Source: a virus
IMG/VR virus record: IMGVR_UViG_3300021387_002242
Coordinates: 2,864 to 66,863 of that record
Length of the DNA: 64,000 nucleotides
Reading direction: 5' to 3' (one strand)
The notes beneath the pieces were generated by a model. The model did no database searches and was not told where the DNA came from. It was given only the letters and a program-made list of their open reading frames with translations. Shown here piece by piece: positions 45,883 to 54,624 of this stretch. Position numbers and translations under genes: made by a program. The number at the start of each line of letters is the position of its first letter. Positions within the stretch are counted from its first letter, which is position 1.

Positions 45883-45895
45883 ACAACCAGGTACA

Positions 45896-45926
45896 CCAGG
45901 CAGGGTTAGACACCCTGCTTTTTTTG
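45896..45926 (+). terminator. rho-independent terminator
   Basis: cagggttagacaccctg hairpin plus ctttttttg. Confidence 0.55.
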
Positions 45927-45947
45927 TGCCCATAAGGCGGTGAGAGA

Positions 45948-46787
45948 ATGGGACGTGGAAGAAGCGGCAGGAGTTCTGGCACCAGGCAGCAGACGGTGAC
46001 GCTTCCAACCTGGGGTGAGGCTTTTGGTGACGGCAACGATTACCAGTCGACCCGTGATGTCGATCACGTTTCAAGAACTGTTACGCGGCGGCTGCAGCAC
46101 GACTGGGATCAGTTCGCGGATGATTATCAGTCTGGCATAACTTCTATGGATGTACAGCGATTGATGAAAGACTACGACCCGTATACGGATTCTTTGTACG
46201 GGTATGTCAGAACATCGAATTCGTTTGCTATAAACGAAAAGCTGTACGACGATCAGAACGTCAATAAGACTGATGACCAGATCTTCACCCGGCGAGATCA
46301 AAGGGGCGTGCTTAGAGATTTGCAGACAGTCCAAACTCTGGACAAGGCGATCAATAGTCATACCACTAAGCGTAATGCCACCTACACGCGGTTCTCTACA
46401 CCGGCAGCAGTTCAAGCGTTGTACGGTTTGAATAACCAGCAGATGTCGATCCTGCAAAATGCCAGGGGCATGAACAATCAACAGCTCAAAGCACTGAATG
46501 ATTCATTTGCAGGTAAAACTAGTTACTCTCGAGCATATACATCTACTTCCGCAAACCGATCTATGAATGCTTTCGGCAACTTGAACGCGCGGCATTCCAG
46601 AAACATGGTGTTCGAAAGAAAGCTGTACATGCCACAGGGTACAAACGCTTTTGCGGTTAAGCAGAACGCGCAAGAGAGCGAGGTCATCTTCGGCCGGCAT
46701 GCGAACACTAGGCTGATGAAGGTCACGGTTGCGAGCGACGGACACATCGTGCTACATGAGATGTTCACCGGTTATAATAGGCATTGA
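45948..46787 (+). CDS. ADP-ribosyltransferase-like effector (R-S-E class) with the MGRGRSGR N-terminal module
   Basis: Y-x-STS (AYTSTSANRS) and Q/E-x-E (QESEVIF) motifs with upstream aromatic-Arg (YGYVR) fit C3/VIP2-type ART signatures. Confidence 0.55.
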   Translation: MGRGRSGRSSGTRQQTVTLPTWGEAFGDGNDYQSTRDVDHVSRTVTRRLQHDWDQFADDYQSGITSMDVQRLMKDYDPYTDSLYGYVRTSNSFAINEKLYDDQNVNKTDDQIFTRRDQRGVLRDLQTVQTLDKAINSHTTKRNATYTRFSTPAAVQALYGLNNQQMSILQNARGMNNQQLKALNDSFAGKTSYSRAYTSTSANRSMNAFGNLNARHSRNMVFERKLYMPQGTNAFAVKQNAQESEVIFGRHANTRLMKVTVASDGHIVLHEMFTGYNRH

Positions 46788-46843
46788 CTTTCTGACGAAG
46801 GTGTGCCATAATCCGTGTGAGGAAACAATAGGAGGAAAACACA

Positions 46844-47029
46844 ATGCCCAGAAAGAATGACGAGAGAGCGGCTACAAAGCGGTTTGTAGACCAGCCGGGC
46901 CAGTGGATCGATACAACCCCGGCAAGCGTGAAGAAGCGCCAGGAAAAGGCGTGGCAGAAGCTCCAGGCGATGCTGAAAGAAAACCCCATCGATACCAAGG
47001 GTACCAGGGGCGGCAGCAAGAAGAAGTAA
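46844..47029 (+). CDS. small basic protein
   Basis: 61 aa, K/R-rich, followed by a terminator; same layout as 45691-45882. Confidence 0.35.
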   Translation: MPRKNDERAATKRFVDQPGQWIDTTPASVKKRQEKAWQKLQAMLKENPIDTKGTRGGSKKK

Positions 47030-47052
47030 AACTCACCGACATTATAACGGAC

Positions 47053-47083
47053 AAAGCAGCGGCATAAAACCCGCTGCTTTTTG
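47053..47083 (+). terminator. rho-independent terminator
   Basis: agcagcggcataaaacccgctgct plus ttttg. Confidence 0.55.
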
Positions 47084-47102
47084 CGCCCTTTGAAATAAAA
47101 CC

Positions 47103-47786
47103 ATGACGATAACAGGAATTGCGGTTGATGCTCTGAAAAGGTACAACAATAACGCAAAGGAACATCCACAGGAGCAGATCGACAAGATCGCTGAGAGCAT
47201 CCGTCAATTTGGTTTCAGGCAGCCGATAGTTGTTGACAGCAGCAACGTGGTTGTTATTGGACACGGACGGCTTCTTGCAGCAAAGGCTCTGGGGATGAAG
47301 CAAGTCCCGTGCGTGGTTATTGACGACCTGACAGAGGACGAGATCAACGCACTTCGCCTGATAGACAATAAGCTCAACGAAAGCAAATGGGACTTTTCCG
47401 CTCTTGAAGATGAACTCGCCACTATCGTCGACATCGACATGTGGGATTATGGATTCGAGCCTTTCAGTGAGCAGGAAATGGAAGCGGCTACGGCGGCATT
47501 TCAGGAGCGCGTAGAAGCCATGGCGCAGGAAACGCGCCCAGACGGCCAGGAAGGGCCATATGAGCGCGGCTACACTGTAGGGCAAAGAGAGACAAGCCCG
47601 TATGCAACGGCAGGAAATTACGGCGTTTCTGGACGTCCAGCGAATCAGCTCCAAGCGACATACCCGCACGACGAATACGGATATGTAGATGAATATGGGC
47701 GGCAGATCGTGGGAGAGCGCAGCCTGATAGAGGCAAACCGGGAGTACCGGTATGTATGCCCACGGTGCAAGCATCGGTTCAACTGA
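47103..47786 (+). CDS. ParB-like nuclease-domain protein
   Basis: ParB-N motifs (AKEHPQEQIDKIAESIRQFGFRQPIVVD...GHGRLLAAKALG); C-terminal Zn-ribbon CPRCKH. Confidence 0.7.
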   Translation: MTITGIAVDALKRYNNNAKEHPQEQIDKIAESIRQFGFRQPIVVDSSNVVVIGHGRLLAAKALGMKQVPCVVIDDLTEDEINALRLIDNKLNESKWDFSALEDELATIVDIDMWDYGFEPFSEQEMEAATAAFQERVEAMAQETRPDGQEGPYERGYTVGQRETSPYATAGNYGVSGRPANQLQATYPHDEYGYVDEYGRQIVGERSLIEANREYRYVCPRCKHRFN

Positions 47787-47797
47787 AAAAACCCAGC

Positions 47798-47998
47798 TCA
47801 GTGCTGGGGCAGGTACACGGGGTATTTACCATATATGGCCTTGAATGCTTCTGCGAACGGAGTAGGGTCACCGGTATCGCAGAGAACTCTAAAAGCCTTA
47901 CGCAAAGCCCGCTGCTTTTTCAGCTGCCGAATCTGCTTGATGGCATCGTAGTTCTGCATTGTTGCGGCCTCCTTTCGGGTCAAGTTAATGGTTTGCAT
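47798..47998 (-). CDS. hypothetical small protein
   Basis: Leftward cassette cargo. Confidence 0.4.
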   Translation of the reverse strand: MQTINLTRKEAATMQNYDAIKQIRQLKKQRALRKAFRVLCDTGDPTPFAEAFKAIYGKYPVYLPQH

Positions 47999-48027
47999 CC
48001 TTTCTTGGTTGTTGAAAACGATGGGGC

Positions 48028-48264
48028 TTAGTCTATGAAGTAAATTCCGTTTTCTTCGTGGAAGCAGGTGTTGCCGAACTCGTTTCTGATGATAAAGTCT
48101 GCATCTTCTTTCGTAGCAGGGAGTTCGACGCCATTCCCATAGATTGCATCACCATCGTGGTTGATGTCGTTTAGGTCGTGGACATAAAGCCCTACATACG
48201 TCTCGCCGTCGTAGATGTACTTGATCTCGGTGAACTCGATGTTGTTGATAATGACAGTATTCAT
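48028..48264 (-). CDS. hypothetical small protein
   Basis: First gene after promoter copy 6. Confidence 0.4.
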   Translation of the reverse strand: MNTVIINNIEFTEIKYIYDGETYVGLYVHDLNDINHDGDAIYGNGVELPATKEDADFIIRNEFGNTCFHEENGIYFID

Positions 48265-48309
48265 TGTGGTAACCTCCTTGATCCGTTGCGTTTCCTTTGG
48301 AACGATTAC

Positions 48310-48356
48310 ATACTACATCAGAAATAATGTAATGTCAAGCTAAATGAATGATAACT
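48310..48356 (-). promoter_or_regulatory. conserved leftward promoter/operator element, copy 6 (TTGACA-N17-TAGTAT)
   Basis: Reverse complement reads agttatcattcatttagcTTGACAttacattatttctgatgTAGTAT. Confidence 0.6.
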
Positions 48357-48367
48357 GCGAGGACGAG

Positions 48368-48883
48368 ATGAACGTAAGGAACATAGACCCGAATGCGGTG
48401 ACGCTCTACGAGAAAAACGCGAAGTTTCACCCGCAGAGCCAGATAGACCGCATAGCAAAGAGCATAGAGCGGTTCGGGTTCAGACAGCCGGTGGTAATTG
48501 ACGGCAACGGCGTGGTGATTGCTGGGCACGGGCGCGTCCTTGCTGCCAGGCAGATCGGGCTGACAGAGATACCGTGCGAGATTGCCGACGACTTGACACA
48601 GGAACAGGCAAAGGCGCTCCGTTTGATAGACAACAAGCTCAACGAAAGCAAGTGGAAGGACAGAGCGCTCAAATTCGAGCTGCTGGACATCTCTCCGGAG
48701 ATCGGCCTGGACGAGTTCGGCTTTGATATGCCTGATATGCTTCCGCGCGACGAATCTACGGATAATGTGCCGTATCAGGACGAGGATGTGCTGCGCGGCG
48801 CTTACGAATATTCTGGAGAGAGTTTCAGCGATGACCAATTCCAGTGCCAGTGCCCGGAGTGCGGGTTCAGATTCAACCCATAA
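48368..48883 (+). CDS. ParB-like nuclease-domain protein
   Basis: ParB-N motifs; C-terminal CQCPECG Zn-ribbon. Start placed after the promoter element, because the ATG at 48344 lies inside it. Confidence 0.65.
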   Translation: MNVRNIDPNAVTLYEKNAKFHPQSQIDRIAKSIERFGFRQPVVIDGNGVVIAGHGRVLAARQIGLTEIPCEIADDLTQEQAKALRLIDNKLNESKWKDRALKFELLDISPEIGLDEFGFDMPDMLPRDESTDNVPYQDEDVLRGAYEYSGESFSDDQFQCQCPECGFRFNP

Positions 48884-48941
48884 ATACCCGTGGAAATGGT
48901 GGCTCAAAGACCTAGATAGCGTCCCGAAAAACGGACACAAA

Positions 48942-49907
48942 GTGTTCAGCTGCTTCTCCTGCGGCGGCGGTTCGTCGATGGGCTATAAGCTGGCAGGTTA
49001 TGAAGTGGTCGGAAACGTCGAGATAGACCCACGGGTCATGAAGCTGTATCAGGACAATCTCCACCCGAAACACCCGTTCTTGATGGATGTTCGGAACTTT
49101 CTGGAAATACCGGATAGTTCGCTGCCTCAAGAGCTTTTTACGCTGGACGTTTTGGACGGCAGCCCGCCATGCAGCACGTTCAGCTTGCTCGGCGAGCGGG
49201 AAGATGCGTGGGGGAAAGAAAAGGTATTCAGAGAGGGACAGGCAAAGCAACGGCTGGATGACTTGTTCTTCTTTTTCATAAAGATCGCGGACAAGCTCAA
49301 GCCCAAGGTGGTTGTAGCGGAGAATGTCGCCGGCATATTGAAGGGCAACTCCAAGGGCTATGTCAATGAGATTATCAAAGAGTTTGACGCGGCTGGATAT
49401 GCCGTTCAGGTATTTCTGCTTGACGCGGCGCGAATGGGTGTGCCCCAGATGCGACAGCGGGCGTTCTTCATTGCCAGGAGAAAAGACCTTGGTCTGCCGA
49501 AGGTTGTGCTGGATTTCAACGAAAAGCCTATTCTTTTCGGGGAGGTACGGACACCGGAAGGTCTGGACTTGCCTCCGAATGGCAAGCTCATAAGGCAGCT
49601 CAAGTACATGAGGCCGACAGACAAGTACGTCAAGGACATCGTGAAGCGGCTCTACGGCGCAGAGACGAACTTCAGCACGACGATCAACCACGATCACTAC
49701 GTTGCACGCACGGTGACGGCCGGAGGCTCGTCGGTACGTGGGTACGACAAGAAGATGTGTACTGACGGCGACTTCGTGAACATGCAGACATTTCCGCAGG
49801 ACTATGACTTCCAAGGTCAGCAGGTACGCTATATCTGCGGCATGAGCGTTCCTCCGGTAATGATGGCCCAGGTGGCAAGCGCAATCAACGACCAAATGTT
49901 CAGGTGA
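48942..49907 (+). CDS. DNA (cytosine-5)-methyltransferase
   Basis: Motif I FSCFSCGGGSSMG, motif IV PPCSTFS, motif VI ENV(AG), C-terminal motifs. No ATG is in frame; the GTG at 48942 is the only candidate start, so the start is uncertain. Confidence 0.7.
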   Translation: MFSCFSCGGGSSMGYKLAGYEVVGNVEIDPRVMKLYQDNLHPKHPFLMDVRNFLEIPDSSLPQELFTLDVLDGSPPCSTFSLLGEREDAWGKEKVFREGQAKQRLDDLFFFFIKIADKLKPKVVVAENVAGILKGNSKGYVNEIIKEFDAAGYAVQVFLLDAARMGVPQMRQRAFFIARRKDLGLPKVVLDFNEKPILFGEVRTPEGLDLPPNGKLIRQLKYMRPTDKYVKDIVKRLYGAETNFSTTINHDHYVARTVTAGGSSVRGYDKKMCTDGDFVNMQTFPQDYDFQGQQVRYICGMSVPPVMMAQVASAINDQMFR

Positions 49908-49911
49908 AAAC

Positions 49912-51012
49912 ATGTATCTGGAAATACGCCGGGTGGAAGACATACACCCATACGAGAACAACCCCAGAATCAACGATGACGCTGTGCGTCCCGTGGTGGA
50001 ATCCATCAAAAAGGACGGATATCGGGCGCGAATCATCGTGGACAAAGACGGGGTTATCATTGCGGGCCATACGCGATACAAGGCAATCCAGCAGCTCGGG
50101 TGGAAGGAAGTCGAAGTGTGGGTGGCAGACGACATGTCGCCCAAGCAGATCAAGGATTACCGAATCCGTGACAACCGCACGAGCGACTATGCTCGCTGGG
50201 ACTTCGAGGCTCTGGAAAAAGAGATTACGCAGTTTCAGCTCGACCCAATGGATTTCAGCTTTGATATGCCGGAGCCGGAGCGAGAGGGCGTAGAGAGCGA
50301 CTACAGACCGTTCTCAGAGCGTGACGATGCCGAACAGATGGTCGATGAAGACCAGGTATCGCGGCTTACGCATAACGTCTTTGAGAATTTCGAGATGGAC
50401 TTCGAGCCGGAATACACCGGAAAGTACGGCATCCCGAAGATGGCACCGACGCAGATGACCGGCGATAAGTTCATGCGGTTCTGCGACTGGCGCGGGGTTA
50501 CAGACCACGAAAAGTACATAGCGCACTTTTACTACGATGACTTCAAGTTCATCAAGGCGTGGCGTGACCCGGATTACTACATCGAGCGCCTAAAGTGGTT
50601 CAAGGCGGTAGTCGCCCCGGATTTCAGCTTGTACACTGATTTCCCGGTGGCGCTGCAGATACTTTCCTGTTACCGGCGACAGTGGGTAGGCGCATACTGG
50701 CAGAGCTTGGGAATAGACGTTATCCCGGATGTGGTCTGGGGCGACAAAGCAAGCTATGAGTTCTGCTTCGACGGCATACCCAAGCACAGCACAGTCGCGG
50801 TTTCCAGCGTGGGCGTAAAGCTGGATGAAGACTGGAATGGCAAGAGTGACAGCTTGTTCAGGAAGGGCTACGAAGAAATGATCAAGCGGCTGGAACCGAC
50901 GACGATCATGTTCTACGGGGACATCCTAGAAGGGCTGGAAGGGAACATCATTCAGATACCGTCATACTACGCACAACGGCGGGATGGAAGCTGGAAAGAC
51001 GTCTACAAATAG
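49912..51012 (+). CDS. ParB-like nuclease N-domain fused to a DUF4417-like C-domain
   Basis: HPYENNPRIN...IIAGHTRYKAIQQLG ParB-N; C-terminal W/Y/F-rich domain resembling DUF4417. Confidence 0.55.
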   Translation: MYLEIRRVEDIHPYENNPRINDDAVRPVVESIKKDGYRARIIVDKDGVIIAGHTRYKAIQQLGWKEVEVWVADDMSPKQIKDYRIRDNRTSDYARWDFEALEKEITQFQLDPMDFSFDMPEPEREGVESDYRPFSERDDAEQMVDEDQVSRLTHNVFENFEMDFEPEYTGKYGIPKMAPTQMTGDKFMRFCDWRGVTDHEKYIAHFYYDDFKFIKAWRDPDYYIERLKWFKAVVAPDFSLYTDFPVALQILSCYRRQWVGAYWQSLGIDVIPDVVWGDKASYEFCFDGIPKHSTVAVSSVGVKLDEDWNGKSDSLFRKGYEEMIKRLEPTTIMFYGDILEGLEGNIIQIPSYYAQRRDGSWKDVYK

Positions 51013-51014
51013 CG

Positions 51015-51380
51015 GTGAACGATATGGGCAACAGCAATCGAAAATATACGACGAAGGTTGATGCACCACACTACGAGCCAACCAACAAGAATGTGAGGCT
51101 TGAAGATTGCTACGATCGGAGCAAATACGACAAGCTTATAAGTTCCATCATGCTATCGGATGTAACGCCGCGAGAGAAAGAGTTTCTTTGCCTTGCAGCG
51201 ACGCGACACTTGGCATTTGACTATAGGGAAATCGCAAACTATTACGCGAACAATGCCAGCGCGACGATGCAAAAGCTGATGGAGGAATCAGCGCTTGTCA
51301 TTATCGACTATGAGGATGCGATAAAGCAAGGCTATGTCAGGCTGTCGAAGCACCTTGAGAGGATAATGGAAAATGCGTAA
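51015..51380 (+). CDS. hypothetical protein
   Basis: 121-aa ORF. Confidence 0.35.
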   Translation: MNDMGNSNRKYTTKVDAPHYEPTNKNVRLEDCYDRSKYDKLISSIMLSDVTPREKEFLCLAATRHLAFDYREIANYYANNASATMQKLMEESALVIIDYEDAIKQGYVRLSKHLERIMENA

Positions 51381-52239
51381 CTATGCTGTATTCATTATCT
51401 CACATGGCAGGAGCGATAACGTCAGGACATATCCGACCTTGCGCAAGCATGGGTATACAGGCCGAATAATCATTGTTATCGACAATGAGGACGAACAGCA
51501 GGAGAAATATATCCGGAGATTTGGCAGCGAGAACGTATTCATTTTCGACAAAAAAGCAGAAGAGGCCGAAATGGATACAGCCGATATTTCTGGAAACATG
51601 CATTGCGCTGTGTTTGCGAGGCATTACTGCTTTAAGCTGGCAAGGGAGTTGGGCTTTGACTACTTTATCGAGTCAGATGATGACTATGTTCGCTTTGCTT
51701 ACAGGGAAGAGCAGGACGGCAAGCTGAAAGAATACCATTGCTACAAGCTTGATGAAGTGTTCGAGGCAATGTTCCAGTTTCTTGACGATACCAACGCACT
51801 TTCAGTCGCACCGGCACAGGATGGAGACTATCTTGGTGGAGCAAAAAGGCCATTCTGGATTAACCGAGTGAGCCGAAAGTGCATGAATCTGTTCTTTTGC
51901 CGAACAGACAGACCGATACACTTTGTTGGGAGAATCAACGAAGATGCGACAACATACACCAGATATGCACAGGTTGGCGAGCTGTTCTTTACGGTGGCTG
52001 ATTGGTGCTTGAAGCAAATGCCGACCCAGCTGCAAAGTGGTGGAATGACAGAGGCTTATCTTGATGTTGGCACATACGTCAAATCATTCTATACGCTGAT
52101 GTTCAGCCCATCCTGCGTGACGATATTCGCAATGGGCTGCAACAATGATGATGACGGTAATTACAGGCTGCACCACAGGATAAACTGGCGAAAATGCACG
52201 CCTATGATTATCAGCGACAAGTACAAGAAGCCGATATGA
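51373..52239 (+). CDS. glycosyltransferase-like protein (GT-A-type DxD motif)
   Basis: Rossmann-like N-terminus FIISHGRSDNVRTY and an ESDDDY DxD motif. Confidence 0.35.
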   Translation: MRNYAVFIISHGRSDNVRTYPTLRKHGYTGRIIIVIDNEDEQQEKYIRRFGSENVFIFDKKAEEAEMDTADISGNMHCAVFARHYCFKLARELGFDYFIESDDDYVRFAYREEQDGKLKEYHCYKLDEVFEAMFQFLDDTNALSVAPAQDGDYLGGAKRPFWINRVSRKCMNLFFCRTDRPIHFVGRINEDATTYTRYAQVGELFFTVADWCLKQMPTQLQSGGMTEAYLDVGTYVKSFYTLMFSPSCVTIFAMGCNNDDDGNYRLHHRINWRKCTPMIISDKYKKPI

Positions 52240-52258
52240 AACGGCGAAAAAGGCAGGG

Positions 52259-52732
52259 GTGAACATTGGACGTGGAAGGTTTAGAAATAGGGCAAGAAAC
52301 GCGAGAAGTCGCGCCGGTACAAGCAGGGCTGCTGCTGTCAGAGTAGCAAACAACTACGGGACACTTGTTCACACATACGGTGATGGTACACGTCGATATG
52401 AAAAGGCCGAAACGGTATCGTCTGCAAACCTGAACGATGAACAAAGAAACTGGATCGGCGCAATGAGTAATGTCGTACAAAGTGACATTCGTGATGCTAT
52501 AGCCGCAGACGGCGCAAACCCGTCGAGAATCGATATTGATTTGGATAATGGACGTGTTACTGCATGGGTAAATGTTTCGCGTCAGGCATCTCCTAGCGGA
52601 CTAGCGAAAGCATATTACGACATCGACTATGACTTCACAGTTAGAACAAGAGTTAAGGCTGACGGCACTATCAAACGCGACAATGTTTATAAAGGATTAA
52701 GACTTAGACTGGTAGGCGCAACCGCATACTAA
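52259..52732 (+). CDS. protein with a GRGRFRNRARNARSRAG Arg/Gly-rich N-terminus (third member of the RG-leader set)
   Basis: GTG start; the N-terminal leader resembles the MGRGRSGR module; lies directly upstream of the terminase genes. Confidence 0.4.
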   Translation: MNIGRGRFRNRARNARSRAGTSRAAAVRVANNYGTLVHTYGDGTRRYEKAETVSSANLNDEQRNWIGAMSNVVQSDIRDAIAADGANPSRIDIDLDNGRVTAWVNVSRQASPSGLAKAYYDIDYDFTVRTRVKADGTIKRDNVYKGLRLRLVGATAY

Positions 52733-52764
52733 AACACCCAAGGAACAAAAGGGGGCGACTAACG

Positions 52765-53307
52765 ATTGCACGGACAAAGAAACTTGACTGGAACGCAATA
52801 AAGGCGGAGTACATCGGCGGTGGAATAAGCCAAAGGAAGTTAGCCAAGAAATACGGCGTTTCAGAAACCACGCTGATGAAAAAGGCCAACGCTGAGGGAT
52901 GGGCGACGCTGCGTAGGGAAGCAGACAGCAAAAGTGCAGCACTCGCACAGCAAAGGACAGCAGATGCAGCAGCGAACAACGCGGTGAAGCTCGAAAAGGC
53001 TCGGGGGCTGTTGATAGACAAGATTCTATCAGCAATCGAGCAGATGCCCAAACACGGTGGAACGCATACCAGGCAGAGCCAAACAGACAAGGAAACCGGC
53101 AAGCAAATGTCGATTGATTATGATCTATCAGCTCTGGTTTCCGCGTTTGAAAAACTCACTACGGGCACTACTGCAGACATTGAACGCCAGAAACGATTCG
53201 TTGAGGAAAACAACACAACGCTCATGGGCTATGCGGATTTGTTCTCACGGCCGGCGAGACAGCGCACGATAGAAGAACTGGAAAGGGGCAAGGATGTATC
53301 AGATTGA
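52765..53307 (+). CDS. terS: terminase small subunit (apparent ATT start)
   Basis: N-terminal HTH DWNAIKAEYIGGGISQRKLAKKYGVSETTL is typical of TerS; it is only recovered by starting at ATT 9 nt after aaaggggg; the first ATG is at 52876. Confidence 0.5.
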   Translation: MARTKKLDWNAIKAEYIGGGISQRKLAKKYGVSETTLMKKANAEGWATLRREADSKSAALAQQRTADAAANNAVKLEKARGLLIDKILSAIEQMPKHGGTHTRQSQTDKETGKQMSIDYDLSALVSAFEKLTTGTTADIERQKRFVEENNTTLMGYADLFSRPARQRTIEELERGKDVSD

Positions 53308-54613
53308 ATACGCCCCACTGAACCAGAAGCAGATCGACTACATCCAGCGGACAAGGAACTGCTGGATGAACGTAGCCGAAGGTGGCAAACGTGCCGGTAA
53401 GAACATCATCAACCTTATCGCGTGGGCTGGCTGCATTGAGAAACACCCGGACAAGCTGCACCTGGCAGCGGGGGTAACAATCGCCCAGGCGAAGATGAAC
53501 ATACTGGACAGTAACGGATTCGGTCTGCGGTTCATGTTCGACGGGCGAAGCCGGGTAGGAAAGTACAACGACAAGGAAGCCATCTACATTCAGTGTGGCG
53601 GGGTTGAAAAGGTTGTAATTTTCGCGGGCGGCAGCAAGGTAAGCGATGCGCCACTGATCAAAGGCTCGTCTTTTGGTACGGTGTATATCAGCGAGGTCAA
53701 TGAGTGCCATCCGGACTTCGTGAAGGAAGCACTCTCGCGAACGCTGGCAAGTCGGGACAGGAAAATATTCTTCGACCTGAACCCTAAACCGCCACGGCAC
53801 TGGTTCTACACGGAGCTGCTGGATGACTGGATGGATAAATGGGAGCGCGGCGAAGACACGCGCTTTAATTATGGTCATTTCACAATTCTGGACAACATGT
53901 CGCTGTCGGATGCGCAGATCAGGGAAGCGCTGAACACCTACAACAAGGGTAGCGTCTGGTACAAGGCCGACATACTGGGTGAGCGCACAGCGGCCAGCGG
54001 ACGTATATACACGTCCTACGACTACGATGACACAGCGATATCTCCCGAGGAAATCAGCAAGATGCAGTTTGCCGAGCTGACGGTAGGCGTTGACGTGGGC
54101 GGCACAGACGCTACGGCGGCGACACTGACAGGGCTGACCATGGGCTACGACAAGGTGGTACACATCGACGGCATGTATCACAAACAAGGCATCGACAATA
54201 AGATGACCGAGGAAAAATACGCCAGGATGGTTGTGGACTGGCTTGTGCCCTGGGTGAAGGTCTACCCGCAGATCGGCACGATTTACGCGGACTCTGCGAA
54301 CAAGCTGTTCAGGACAGCTCTAAAAAACGAGCTGGTACGCCGGGGAATGTCCCGGTTCTCGGTTGTAGCCTTTGATAAGTCGGACGGCATTCTGGAGCGC
54401 ATAGAACTCTCGGAGATGCTTCTCAACCAGGGGCGCTACAAGATCAATCGGCGCATGGAAAGATGGCACGAGGCGTACCAAAACGCCGTGTGGAGCGATA
54501 AGGAATACGAGAAGGGCGAGTGGGTGCGCGTGGATGATGGCAGCTATCCTGTAGACTGTCTGGATTCCGCAGAGTATTCACTGTACCCATTGAAACGGTT
54601 CCTGATAAAGTAA
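53294..54613 (+). CDS. terL: terminase large subunit
   Basis: Walker A-like AEGGKRAGKN, an ATPase plus RNaseH-like nuclease domain layout, about 440 aa. Confidence 0.7.
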   Translation: MYQIEYAPLNQKQIDYIQRTRNCWMNVAEGGKRAGKNIINLIAWAGCIEKHPDKLHLAAGVTIAQAKMNILDSNGFGLRFMFDGRSRVGKYNDKEAIYIQCGGVEKVVIFAGGSKVSDAPLIKGSSFGTVYISEVNECHPDFVKEALSRTLASRDRKIFFDLNPKPPRHWFYTELLDDWMDKWERGEDTRFNYGHFTILDNMSLSDAQIREALNTYNKGSVWYKADILGERTAASGRIYTSYDYDDTAISPEEISKMQFAELTVGVDVGGTDATAATLTGLTMGYDKVVHIDGMYHKQGIDNKMTEEKYARMVVDWLVPWVKVYPQIGTIYADSANKLFRTALKNELVRRGMSRFSVVAFDKSDGILERIELSEMLLNQGRYKINRRMERWHEAYQNAVWSDKEYEKGEWVRVDDGSYPVDCLDSAEYSLYPLKRFLIK

Positions 54614-54624
54614 GAGGTGGTATT

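Noticed and set aside
48912-50153. 413-aa minus-strand ORF opposite the C5-methyltransferase and ParB-DUF4417 genes
   Set aside because: Plus-strand genes carry unambiguous MTase and ParB motifs; the minus ORF is a shadow.
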